A stretch of 64,000 nucleotides of DNA from assembly GCF_964213995.1 (NCBI RefSeq), contig NC_135811.1:77376001-77440000 (forward strand), in the 5' to 3' direction. Source of the DNA: Mustelus asterias (taxonomy: Eukaryota). This document shows positions 1 through 11,829 of this stretch, piece by piece. The position numbers were made by a program, and so were the translations under genes. Position 1 is the stretch's first letter, and each line of letters starts with the position of its first letter. The notes below the pieces were generated by a model. The model was not told the origin of the DNA, did not search any database, and saw only the letters and a list, made by a program, of their open reading frames with translations.

Positions 1-141
1 ACTCCCACCGCCCCCCTCCCGACTGACCCCCCCACCTCCAGCCCACCCTGATCGCTGGCAGCCCTCCTTCCCCGACCAATCCCTAGACTGAGTGACAGCG
101 GGACACCCCACCCCCACCGATCGCCCCTCGCCCTCACGCCC

Positions 142-1945
142 AAAGAACAAAGAACAAAGAACAAAGAACAGTACAGCACAGGAAACAGGCCCTTCGGCCC
201 TCCAAGCCTGTGCCGCTCCTTGGTCCAACTAGACCAATCGTTTGTATCCCTCCATTCCCAGGCTGCTCATGTGACTATCCAGGTAAGTCTTAAACGATGT
301 CAGCGTGCCTGCCTCCACCACCCTACTTGGCAGCGCATTCCAGGCCCCCACCACCCTCTGTGTAAAAAACGTCCCTCTGATATCTGAGTTATACTTCGCC
401 CCTCTCAGCTTGAGCCCGTGACCCCTCGTGAAGGTCACTTCTGATCTGGGAAAAAGCTTCCCACTGTTCACCCTATCTATACCCTTCATAATCTTGTACA
501 CCTCTATTAGATCTCCCCTCATTCTCCGTCTTTCCAAGGAGAACAACCGCAGTCTACCCAGTCTCTCCTCATAGCTAAGACCCTCCATACCAGGCAACAT
601 CCTGGTAAACCTTCTCTGCACTCTCTCTAACGCCTCCACGTCCTTCTGGTAGTGCGGCGACCAGAACTGGACGCAGTACTCCAAATGTGGCCTAACCAGC
701 GTTCTATACAGCTGCATCATCAGACTCCAGCTTTTATACTCTATACCCCGTCCTATAAAGGCAAGCATACCATATGCCTTCTTCACCACCTTCTCCACCT
801 GTGTTGCCACCTTCAAGGATTTGTGGACTTGCACACCTAGGTCCCTCTGTGTTTCTATACTCCTGATGACTCTGCCATTTATTGTATAACTCCTCCCTAC
901 ATTATTTCTTCCAAAATGCATCACTTCGCATTTATCCGGATTAAACTCCATCTGCCACCTCTCCGCCCAATTTTCCAGCCTATTTATATCCTGCTGTATT
1001 GCCCGACAATGCTCTTCGCTATCCGCAAGTCCAGCCATCTTCGTGTCATCCGCAAACTTGCTGATTTCACCAGTTACACCTTCTTCCAAATCATTTATAT
1101 ATATCACAAATAGCAGAGGTCCCAGTACAGAGCCCTGCGGAACACCACTGGTCACAGACCTCCAGCTGGAAAAAGACCCTTCGACCACTACCCTCTGTCT
1201 CCTATGGCCAAGCCAGTTCTCCACCCATCTAGCCACCTCCCCCTGTATCCCATGAGCCTTAACCTTCTTAACCAACCTGCCATGTGGGACTTTGTCAAAT
1301 GCCTTACTGAAATCCATATAGATGACATCCACAGCCCTTCCTTCATCAACCGTTTTTGTCACTTCCTCAAAAGACTCCACCAAATTTGTAAGGCACGACC
1401 TCCCTCTTACAAAACCATGCTGTCTGTCACTAATGAGATTGTTCCATTCTAAATGCACATACATCCTGTCTCTAAGAATCCTCTCCAACAACTTCCCTAC
1501 CACGGACGTCAAGCTCACTGGCCTATAATTTCCTGGGTTATCCCTGCTACCCTTCTTAAACAACGGGACCACATTCGCTATCCTCCAATCCTCAGGGACC
1601 TCACCCGTGTCCAAAGAAGCGACAAAGATTTCCGTCAGAGGCCCAGCAACTCCATCTCTCGTCTCCCTGAGCAGTCGAGGATAGATGCCATCAGGCCCTG
1701 GGGCTTTGTCAGTTTTAATGTTCCCTAAAAAACCTAACACTTCCTCTCTTGTAATGGAGATTTTCTCTAACGGGTCAACACCTCCCTCCGAGACACTCCC
1801 GGTTAACACGCCCCTCTCCTTCGTGAATACCGATGCAAAGTATTCATTTAGGATCTCCCCTATTCCCTTGGGTTCTAAGCATAATTCCCCTCCTTTGTCC
1901 CTGAGAGGTCCGATTTTCTCCCTGACAACTCTTTTGTTCCTAACG
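142..1945 (-). mobile_element. 5'-truncated CR1-clade LINE with uninterrupted RT region (ORF 229..1809, 526 aa) and (TTGTTCT)n 3' tail
   Basis: ORF has the CR1-type motifs KAPGPDGI, NYRPVSLTSVVGKLLE, YMDFSKAFDKVPH, SGVPQGSVLGPLLF, KFADD and RPHLEYCVQFWSP. A 7-bp (AGAACAA)n tail lies at ~142-170 on the plus strand. Confidence 0.95.
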
Positions 1946-2269
1946 TATGCCCATCAGGCCATACTCCTTGACACTGCCCCCTGCCTGATGGGCAGTGCCA
2001 AGATGCCCACCTGGGCACTGACACTTTCTCTCCTGGGAGCACATGCTGGCATTGCCACGGTGCTTATGCCCAGGGAGCACCACCCCAACGCCGCCCAACC
2101 CCCTTCAGGGCCCCAATTGCCCCCCCTTCACGAGTGGGGTGGCCACTAATTCCCCGTTAGTGGAGAGCTAGTGTAATCCCCGCTGGAGTGAAACACTCTG
2201 GCAAGGTGGGAGAGGCTAGCAGGCCCAGAGACTTCAGTCCTGGGCCCAATAATCTCTTTTAAATCATAT

Positions 2270-2462
2270 CCAAAGATGTGCGGGTTAGGTTGATTGGCCA
2301 TGCTAAAATTGCCCCTTGGTGTCCTGAGATGCATAGGTTAGAGGGATTAGCAGGTAAATATATAGGGATAAGGGGGTAGGGCCTGGGTGGGATTGTGGTC
2401 GGTGCAGACTCGATGGGCCAAATAGCCTCTTTCTGCACTGTAGGGTTTCTATGATTCTATGA
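2270..2462 (+). mobile_element. 3' fragment of HE1-like SINE
   Basis: Matches the 3' half of the complete SINEs at 7966 and 11830 (ccaaagatgtgcgggttaggttgattggccatgctaaaattgcccc ... ttctatgattctatg). Confidence 0.8.
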
Positions 2463-3354
2463 TATGGAAATAATTATGTAAATCATTTCTGTGTCTCCCC
2501 GCCGATTTCCGGCACAGAGCTGACAAAATTAACAAACAAAATTCAAACAGACACATCCAGCATGTCCTTTTTAGGCATTCTGAGCCCCTAATTATTATGT
2601 TGGCAGACTGGCCAGAGAGTTCAGTCATGAGACTACCTTAATGAAAGAAGGTCAGTACAAGTTTGTTAAGTTCTTATGTAAACCACAGCAATACAGTCAG
2701 GGAATGATTCACAATCTAATGCGGATTATGTATTCGCCATATTAAAACTGGATGGGAAGCCAGAAGAATGCACAGTGACTTCTCTTTTTGCACCTTTTGG
2801 TCTCTGGGCTCTGCTTGTCTGTTTTATGTCTCTTCTCGTCTCTTGTCTTCTGCTTTCTAGTTTTTTGTGCTGCATTTTCTTAGCAATGGGAGCATCACTT
2901 CTCTTATTAACCCTCCCCTGTGCCCAGTCATTGTTCATGTGAGGTACCGCTAGCCTTGCTTAATCATGCACTGATCTGCATTTTCATCATCGCCCCATAT
3001 CTTCTTATCTCAGAGCTGCTATCGCATGCTGCTCTTTATGTCAAACAAGCACAACCCCCCCTCCCCACCCCAACATTCATTCACAAAATCAGGTTCAAGG
3101 TTTAGCTTTCAGATACCCTAAATGTCATTTTCAAGCATGATATAATTTCACATAATCTTTCCACCTTGGCATCTGTTCTAATATGCCTTCAAGGGAAATC
3201 AGCATTACTTTATGGAGATGTCAACCAATCTTAGTTTCACTTTAGCATTGAGCAGAGCACACACGCACACAGCTCTGTTGTCTTCAAGCTTTATACCTAT
3301 GGGTAACAGTTCTCATGTGGCCAGTCTTAATATATGAACCCAATCACTTATGAG

Positions 3355-3520
3355 TGATTTGAGTCAGAATGACCCTTCATCAGAGCTCTGACAAAGGATC
3401 ATCCTGACTCAGAACATTAGCTCTATTCTCTCTCCACTGGTGCTGTCAGACCAGCTGAGATTTTCCAGCATCTTCTGTTTTTATTTAAGATTCCAGCATT
3501 CCCCGGTAATTTGCCTTTAC
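3355..3520. repeat. Palindromic repeat fragment, probably Penelope-derived
   Basis: Imperfect inverted repeat centred on cagagctctg (3381-3390). Related arms occur at ~6330-6430 and ~6560-6640. The family assignment is from recall, not a search. Confidence 0.45.
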
Positions 3521-3627
3521 TGTTATGAATGATTGGTGCCTTGCGTCTTTTATAGTACATAAGCTCAGTGTGTTATACTGTTATAAAAACACAACAGCAT
3601 CAAATTATATTATGTCCTACTTTCATG

Positions 3628-3912
3628 GTGGCACAGTGGTTAGCATCGCTGCCTCACAGCGCCCGGGACCAGGGTTCAATTCCCAGCTTGTCTGTGTGGA
3701 GTTTGCACATTCTCCCCATGTCTGCGTGGGTTTCCTCCGGGTGCTCCGGTTTCCTCCCACAGTCCAAAAGTGCTGGTTAGGTGCATTGCCCATGTTAAAT
3801 TCTCCCTCAGTGTACCTGAACAGGTGCTGGAGTATGGCAATTAGAGAATTTTCATAGTAACTTCATTGCAGTGTTAATGCAAATCTGCTTGTGACACTAA
3901 TAAATAAACTTT
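3628..3912 (+). mobile_element. tRNA-derived V-SINE-like element
   Basis: Head ggtggcacagtggttagca (A box), ggttcaattccc (B box), core tgtgtggagtttgcacattctcccc, tail gtgacactaataaataaac. Confidence 0.85.
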
Positions 3913-3969
3913 TAAACTTTTCTACTCTATTATGTTACAGAGAAGGGCAGCTAATCATGTTAAGTGTTA

Positions 3970-4501
3970 ATAATTTTATTAATAACAAAATAATCATACA
4001 ATAAATATAATCATTTGGTCGAATGCAGCAATGAATAAAAATGATGAAGCAAAGGAGAAGTTGCAAAAAATATATTTATTGAAACACATTGGTTTGAATA
4101 CAAAAGGCCTTTCAAACAATAATATTCCGCTCCAGTTATAAAAAATAATTCAATAAATATGAATAAAATAAAATGTTCTTGTAACTTACTTTCCTCCATG
4201 TGCAACTAACTAAGTATATCGATACAATAAATAAAAATAATTTAAGGTCACTATTACATGATGATTTAATGATTGCTTAACATTACTTTATGGGCATATT
4301 AAATAAAAATAATTTAAGGTCACAATTACATGATGAGTTAATGATTGCTTAACATTACCTCTGGCAGTGAGAGCTGAAACATTCAATGTTATCAATGACA
4401 AATAGGTGGGAATTATAAAAATATTTGTAAGAATTGATCAAGTTCCTCCAGCATCAGAAGCCATTCTGATTAGAACGATCGCTCCATGGTCATTTCAGCG
4501 G
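3970..4501 (-). promoter_or_regulatory. AU-rich 3' UTR of the minus-strand IFN with AATAAA at 4080-4075
   Basis: Very AT-rich with several ATTTA on the minus strand; tttatt at 4075-4080. Confidence 0.6.
4229..4358. repeat. Two-copy direct repeat (~58 bp core, 72 bp period)
   Basis: aaataaaaataatttaaggtcac.attacatgatga.ttaatgattgcttaacattac starts at 4229 and again at 4301. Confidence 0.9.
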
Positions 4502-7154
4502 TTACATCTTTCCTGCTATGGCTGGGATACTTTGTAAACTGCTCCTGATGCGATTGCTGACCAATTTCCAAGCACAGGCACTAAATCTCTAAAAGGCAGA
4601 AATACCAAAATGTATTAGTAGGACCATACCGTGTTTAACTGAGATTTATTTTCTTTAAGCGACACACTATTTTAAAGCCATGCTATATTTTTTCTCAGGG
4701 GAATATGAGCATTAATTTGGTCTCAGAAATTTGGGAAATTCCAAATCCCTTCCTTCTGAATCATTGCAATGTTAGAGTTAAATGATGAATATTTCCTGGC
4801 ATGTTTCATTGGAAGTTTTTGACATTTCTCAGGAAATCTTCCTAAATGCACCTCAATTGCCCACCAGCAGTGACTGGAGTGTTTCTTTTGTTTGCATTTT
4901 ATTTATCAGTGTCACAAGTAAACTTACATTAACACTGCAATGATGTTACTGTGAAAATCCCCTGGTCGCCACACTCAGGCGCCTGTTTGGGTACACTAAT
5001 GGAGAATTTAGCATGGCTAATCCACCTAACCAGACATCTTTCGGACTGTGGGAGGAAACCGAAGCACCCAGAGGAAACCCACGCAGACAGGGGGAGAATG
5101 TGCAGACTCCGCACAGACAGTGACCCAAGCCGGGATTCGGACCCAGATCCTTGGCGCTGTGAGATAGCAGTACTAACCAGTGTGCCACCCCGGACATTTA
5201 CAAGTTGAGGGACTTTGCTTCATAGGGGGGGTGTTTATTCACATGGAACTTCCCTAAGGATACAGCCGTCAACAGAATCACCATACCTCCAGTTCTAAGA
5301 ACTCCCTCAACTTCCTGAAGTACTGGTGAATTTTCTGGCTCCCAGAGTCTGATGCAGGTTCTCCGACACATTCATTAAGTCCTTCCAGCTGTTGATACAG
5401 GCGAACTCGAAATCCTTCCAGCTGGGTAGGGTTCCAGGGTACTGTGCTGAGCTTCTGACTGAAAATCTGGTTGACTTGATCCACTGTTTGACGGATAGCC
5501 AGCCTCTTGCCCTCGACCTATTATACATGAATAGTTAGTTCAATGGAAATGGTGTTTTTTAATGCATACATTAGACGCTGGACCAACATTAATTGTCCAT
5601 CTGAATGGTTGGCTTGCTGTGGATCTGGAAATCAGATATAGGCTGGGATGGCAGATCTCCTTCCTTAAAGGTGAGTTTGTTTCACTTGATTTTCTTATAG
5701 AAGACAGTATCACCAGCTGCTGTGAGAATAGAGCCAACGTTGTGAGCCAGGATGACCCTTTGTAAAGGCTGGGTTGTTAAGTATGTTCAAGGCTGGGACA
5801 GTTGGATTTTTAATCAGTGAAGGAATCAAGGCTAATGGAGATAAGGCATCTCATTGAAACTTACAGAACACTGAAAGGCCTGGATAGAGTGGACGTGGGG
5901 AAGATGTTTCCATTAGTCAGAGAGACTAGGATCCGAGGGAATAGCTTCAGAGTAAAGGGACGACCTTTTAGAACCAATTTGAGGAATTTCTTCAGCCAGA
6001 GGGTGGAGAATCTGTGGAATTCATCCTCACAGGAGGCTGTGGAGGCCAGGCCATTGAGTATATTTAAGACAGAGATAGTTAAGTTCTTGATTGGTGAGGG
6101 GATCAATCGTTATGGGGAAAAGGTGGGAGAATGGGGTTGAGAAACTTAGCAGCCATGATTGAATGGTGGAGCAGACTCAATGGGCTGAATGGCCTAGTTC
6201 TGCTCCTGTATCTTATGGTCTTATATCAGGTCAGTCATGATCTCATTGTCTGACAGAGCAGACTCGATGACTGAATGACTTACTTTTGTTCCAATGTCTT
6301 ATGGTCTTATGGACCTGACCCACTTTCTTAATCAGAAAATGCTGGATAACCTCAACAAGTCTGACAGCATCTGTGGAGAGAGGAAAGTCATCCAGACTTG
6401 ACACATTGGTTCTAATCTCTCTCCACAGGGCCAGAATTATCCCGTCCCGCCCGCCACAGGAATTGCAGTGGACAGGTAGAGGGCAGACCATGCCAAGGCC
6501 CATTGACCTCGGACAGGATTCTCCCTGTTTTTGCGGTGAGCGCAGCCGGAGAATCCTGCTCTAGGTGTCAGACCTGCTGACATTTTACAGCAATTTCTGT
6601 TTTTGTTTCAGATTCCAGCATCCGCAGTGTGTTGCTTTTCTCACCACCTGCTGTGTGGGGATTCGAACCCAGGTCCCCAGAGCATTGCCCTTGGTTACTG
6701 GATCTACTGAGCTAAGAGACGACGCCACCGTTTTCCCTTAGAGAGTCCAATAGAATATGTCACTGTACCTCAGTAAAGCTCAGACATTGAAAATACATTG
6801 TGATAGCTCCTGCCATAGAAGAAATTTACCTTCTGCACTTAATACTTACAGTTAAGTTGGCTGTCAGGTTGATGAGAGACACTGGGAGGATCTGAGGTGT
6901 CCTCATGCTGGTCACACAGTCTAAAGTTAACCGGCTTCTCTGCAACTGAGGAAATCCCGGTTAGAGCAACTTTGTCACATACATTAATCTTGGCGATTGG
7001 ACGGGAGGAGTGGAGATCAACTCAAACTCACCATTGCCCTCAGCTTGAATAGAGTGGCTGCATTCTGAATGACTAACTGCTCGCAGCCCAGACTGAGGGT
7101 CCCGAACAGCAAGATCGAGGCTACCCAAAATCTCCAGATGCACGGAAGAGCCAT
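4502..7154 (-). CDS. Type I interferon, divergent member; 4 exons, 176 aa
   Basis: Exons 7154-7032 (MALPCIWRFWVASILLFGTLSLGCEQLVIQNAATLFKLRAM), 6939-6850 (RSRLTLDCVTSMRTPQILPVSLINLTANLT), 5517-5287 (VEGKRLAIRQTV...PWNPTQLEGF...LNECV...IHQYFRKLREFLELE), 4588-4502 (RFSACAWKLVSNRIRSSLQSIPAIAGKM*). All introns are GT-AG phase 0. Hydrophobic signal peptide, four mature Cys, YF.KL..FL and CAW motifs. Confidence 0.92.
4897..5192 (-). mobile_element. V-SINE-like element in intron 3 of the minus-strand IFN
   Basis: Reverse complement of the SINE family seen at 3628. Confidence 0.85.
5815..6225 (+). mobile_element. CR1 LINE 3' fragment in intron 2
   Basis: Translation LIETYRTLKGLDRVD...RNFFSQRVENLWN, followed by a CR1-type 3' UTR and tcttatggtcttat tail. 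Confidence 0.85.
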
Positions 7155-7532
7155 GGGCGTTGGAGAGAACTGGATCTGCAACAACATAAAATGATGAGCG
7201 ACCAACAACCAGCAAGAGGCACTCAAACCTGCCCCCACCACCCCCCGTAAATTAAGCCCTTTCTGCTGTCTCCTTGCCTGCTCAAGATGAATACTCCGAC
7301 AAGAGGCAAACAGTTGTCCTCAGATTCGAGAGAGTGAAGTTTCAGTGAGCCGGAGGAGAATATAAATGATCTCTGCATCATAAAAGTGAAAAAAACCCTG
7401 GATTTACACCCGCACCAGAATTTTTTGTAGCACATTCATTTTTCAAACGCAAGGAATTCACCCTGAAGAAAAGTACAAGACAATGGGACAGTGAGAGACA
7501 ATCAGCTGTCGCCTGGTAAAAGCGGCTGCGAT

Positions 7533-7542
7533 TTTCACTTTC
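7533..7542 (-). promoter_or_regulatory. IRF-binding element GAAAGTGAAA upstream of the minus-strand IFN
   Basis: tttcactttc on plus, ~380 bp upstream of the ATG. A further AAAAGTGAAA lies at ~7382-7391. Confidence 0.6.
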
Positions 7543-7944
7543 AACCGAACCGCATCCGCGGATTGCGACACTCAGAACTGAAATCAAACGGAAATTAAAG
7601 AAAAAAAATCTGAATCAAAAGCAAAACGGTTCCGGCTCAGTGGGAGATTTTAAAATATATAGATTTTATTAATCAATGAATTCAAATAAATAATGATCAG
7701 CTATTTTCCTGACTTGGGAATGAGATGGAGGGGATCTGATAGATAAAGCACATTATATGACCAAACCACTCCATGACAATCGTTCTCACCTCATTCATTT
7801 TGCTTTTATCTAGGGTCCCTCTGTTTCTCCCAACTGCTGGTGTCCCAGATGTGGCCAGTGGGCCCCAGCTCCATCACCCCCAACTGCCCAACATCAACCC
7901 GGCTCTCCAGTTTTCAGCTCGTCCGGGTCAGTAGAAAAGCAGAC

Positions 7945-8540
7945 TTTATTTATTGGTGTCACAAGTGGGTGGCACGGTAGCACAGTGGTTAGCACTGCTG
8001 CTTCACAGCTCCAGGGTCCCGGGTTCGATTCCCGGCTCGGGTCACTGTCTGTGTGGAGTTTGCACATTCTCCTCGTGTCTGCGTGGGTTTCCTCCGGGTG
8101 CTCCGGTTTCCTCCCACAGTCCAAAGAATAAGGTTGATTGGCCAGGTTAAAAAATTGCCCCTTAGAGTCCTGGGATGTGTAGGTTAGAGGGATTAGCGGG
8201 TAAAATATGTGGGGGTAGGGCTTGGGTGGGATTGTGGTCGGTGCGGACTCAATGGGCCGAATGGCCTCCTTCTGCACTGTAGGGTTTCTATGATTTCTAT
8301 GAAGTAGGCTTACATTAACACTGCAATTACTGTGAAAATTCCCTAGTTGCCACACTCCGGCACCTGTGGAAGGGATTTAGCACGGCCAAATGCACCTAAG
8401 CAGCACTCTTTCAGATTGTGGGAGGAAACTTGAGCACCCGGAGGAAACCCAAAACCCACGCACAGGCAGTGACCCAAGCCGGGAATCGAACCCAGGTCCC
8501 TGGTGTTGTGAGGCAGCAGTGCTAACCACTGCGCCGCCCC
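7945..8540 (-). mobile_element. V-SINE-like element interrupted by the SINE at 7966-8301
   Basis: Tail tttatttattggtgtcacaagt at ~7945 resumes as aagtaggcttacattaacac at ~8302; head at ~8480-8540. Confidence 0.8.
7966..8301 (+). mobile_element. Full-length HE1-like SINE nested in an oppositely oriented V-SINE
   Basis: A box tagcacagtggt, B box ggttcgattccc, V-core and ttctatgatttctatg tail. Confidence 0.9.
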
Positions 8541-8735
8541 TGCCGACTGGTAGAGTTAGTGAAGCTAACTCAGTTAGTAAGGCTGAGATCCCCATGTTGT
8601 TGCACCATCTCTCCTCCTGAGAGGTACACTTCCCAAGGATAGCGGTGCTCCTGCATTCAAAAGTCTTAAGAATCCACGGGGATAACACCTGAACTTGCCT
8701 CTCAGGAGTTGGTTGGGCTGTTGTGCATTCGCGAT

Positions 8736-9032
8736 GTTTATTTATTAGTGTTACAAGTAGGCTTACATTAACACCACAATGAAGTTACTGTGAAAATCCC
8801 CTAGTCGTCACACTCTGGCACATCAAGTACACTGAGGGAGAATTGAGCATGGTCAATGCACCTAACCAGCACATCTTTCAAACTGTGGGGGAAAACCAGA
8901 GCATCCACAGGAAACCCACACAGACATGGGGAGAACATGCAGACTCCACATAGATAGTGACCCAAGCCGAGAATCTAACCCAGGTCCCTGGCGTTGTGAG
9001 GCAGCAGTGCTAACCACTGTACCACCGTGCCA
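8736..9032 (-). mobile_element. V-SINE-like element
   Basis: Same family as 4897-5192. Confidence 0.85.
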
Positions 9033-9459
9033 CCTGTTTTCTGGTTTAGCTTGCTCCCAGAGCTGTTAAAGGCTGGAATGCTTTGTGCAAGCCAATGATT
9101 GAGGCAGGGGTCATTGTACATGTTGAGAACAGTGTGGATATCTACCTGGAACTGAATGTGATGGCGGTAGAGCTTAGGGTACAGGATTAATTCTGTACTG
9201 TTTCAAGGGTGATGGGCCAAAAGACCTCTTTCTATGTTAAAAACCTCGATAGTTTTTATGTCTGAGCTTTCCTACTGTTCCTATCTGCTGTGGTGTTAGA
9301 ATGACATCTCTGTTACTTATCTGAATGGATTCAAGTGGATTAGATAATAGAAGATCATAGAATCTGTACAGTGTCAGAGGAGGCCATTTGGTCCATCGAG
9401 CCTGCACCGGCAACAGCCTCACCTAGACCCAGGATTAGTAGTGGCTTACAATACAACAG

Positions 9460-11765
9460 TCCCGTGTGTGTGAGAAAAGACTGACCGCCAACATAAAGGG
9501 GAATCCCAAAGTCTTCTATCGGCAAATGTATAGTAAAAGTGTAATAAAAGGAGGAGTAGGGCTGATTAGGGGCCTAAAAGGGAATTTACACATGGAGGCA
9601 GGGGGCATGGCTGAGGTATTAAGTGAATACTTAGCATCTACCTGTCTTTACCAAGGAAATGGATGCTATACAGGCCACAGAGGTGTAAACACTATCACTC
9701 GTAGGGTTTAAAACTGATAATGAGGAAATATTAGATAGACTGTTGGTGCTTAAAGGTGCTGGGACTGGATTGAGATGCACCCAATATATTAATGTAGGAA
9801 ATGAGAGTGGAGGTTGAAGGGGCACTGGCCATAATCTTCCAGACTTTTCTAGACCCAGGGAAGGTGCCAGACGACTGAAGAATTGCAGATGCTTGTTCAA
9901 AAAAAGATTATAAGGATAGCGCCAGCATGGAATCATAGAATCCCTACAATGCAGTAGGAGGCCATTCAGCCTTCTGAATCTACACTGACTCTCTGACAAA
10001 GTATCTTACCCAGGCCCTCTCCACCACCCCATCCCCATACCCCACACATTTCCCGTGGCTAATCCACCTAACCTACACATCTGTGGACACTAGGGGACAA
10101 TTTAGCATGGCCAAACTAGCTAACCTGCACATCTTTGCACTGTGGGAGGAAACCAGAGCACCCAAAGGAAACCCATGCAGACACAGGGAGAATGTGCAAC
10201 CCTACACAAACAGTCACCCAAGGCCGGTATTGAACCCGGGTCTCTGGTGCTGTGAGGCAGCAGCGCTAACCACTGTGCCACCATGCTGCAGTTTTTGACC
10301 CATCAGTTTAACTCCAGTGGTGGGAAAGATTCTAGAAACAATTATTCAGGATAGAGTTAGTAGTTACGTGGAAAAATGTTGGTTGATTAGGAAGAGTCAG
10401 CATGGATTTCTAAAGGGGTAATCATGTTTAACTAACTTGCTGGAGTATTTTGAAAAGGTAACAGAAAGGGTGAATTAGGGTAATGCTGTTGATGTGATAT
10501 ACGTGGACTTTCAAGAAGTATTTGACACAGTGCCACACAATAGAATTGTGAAGAAAGTTACAGCTCATGGAATAAAAAGGACAGTTGTGGATACAAAATT
10601 GTCTAAGCAGTGATCAATGTATATCTTTCAGGCTGGAGGAAGCTTTGTACAGAAGTTACCCAGAGGTTGATATTGGGACCCTTGATTTTCCTGATATATA
10701 TTAATGATCTCAATCTTGGTCTGCAAGGGGCAATTTCAAAGTTTGAGAATGACTTGGAAGCATTGGCAGCATTGTAAACTGTGAAGAGGATGGTGTAGAA
10801 CTTCAAATGGACTTAGGCAAGTTATTAAAGTTCAGTTTATTTATTAGTCACAAGTAAGGCTTACATTGACACTGCAATGAAGTTAGTGTGAAATTCCCCT
10901 AGTCGCTACAGTCCAGCGCAAGTTGGTGGAGTGGACAAATAGGTGGCATATGAAGTTCAATGCAGAGAAGTGTGAGATGATGCATTTTGATAAGAAGAAC
11001 ATGGATAGACAATATAAAATATGAGGCACAATTCTTAAGAGGGTACAAGAGCAAAGGGACCTTTGTGCATATGTGCATAGATAATTGAAGGTGGAGAGAG
11101 AAGTTAATAAAGTATACAATATCCTGGGCTTTATTTATAAGGACACAGAATACAAAAGAAAGGAGATTATACTGAACTTATATACAAGACCCTGTTTAGA
11201 CCTCCAATGGAATATTGTGTACAGTTCTGGGTGGCACATTATAGGAGGATGCAAACACATTGGAGAGAGTGCAGAAGAAAAGGACAAGATACTTCAATTA
11301 TGAGGATAGATTGGATCAGTTCTCCTTGCAGAGAAGAAGCCTAAGAAGAGATTTGATAGAGATAATCAATCTCTTGGGGGGGGGGGGGGGGGGGCGGGGG
11401 GGAGTGGGGGGAGGGGTGGTGGCTGCTGTACAGAGTAGATAGGGAGAAACTGCTCCCAACCATAAAGCGATCAAGAGTGAGAGGGCACAGATTTAAAGTG
11501 ATTTATAAAAGAAGCAAATGTGATGTGAGAAAAGAAAATTCCCACAGCGAGTGTTTTGTGTGTGGAATGCCCTGCCTGGAACTGTGGTGGGAGCAGGCTC
11601 AATCGAGGCATTCAAGAGAGAATTAGATGATTATGTGGATAGAAATAATGTGCAGGAGAAAAGGCAGGGGAATGGCACTAAGTCATAATGTTCATTTGGG
11701 GAGCTGTTGCAGATACGATGGGCCAAATAGGCACCTTCCGCGCCATAACAATTCTGTGACTCTGT
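9460..11765 (+). mobile_element. Heavily decayed CR1 LINE, interrupted by a SINE, a SINE tail and a G-tract
   Basis: Remnant peptides NIKGNPKVFY, CLTNLLE, VDFQ..FDTVPH, MKFNAEKCEMMHF and LQRRSLRRDLIE, with many stops and frameshifts. Confidence 0.75.
9930..10285 (-). mobile_element. HE1-like SINE
   Basis: Reverse-complement head (...gcagcgctaaccactgtgccacc) and aatcatagaatc tail. Confidence 0.8.
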
Positions 11766-11829
11766 GAGGAGATTTTCTTTGCCAATCTGCCTACAGACAC
11801 TTGACATGACATGACATGAATAGACCACA

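Noticed and set aside
7966-8040. tRNA genes (A/B boxes), also the tRNA-like fragment at ~6650-6700
   Set aside because: These are tRNA-derived SINE heads that continue into the SINE body; no complete cloverleaf.
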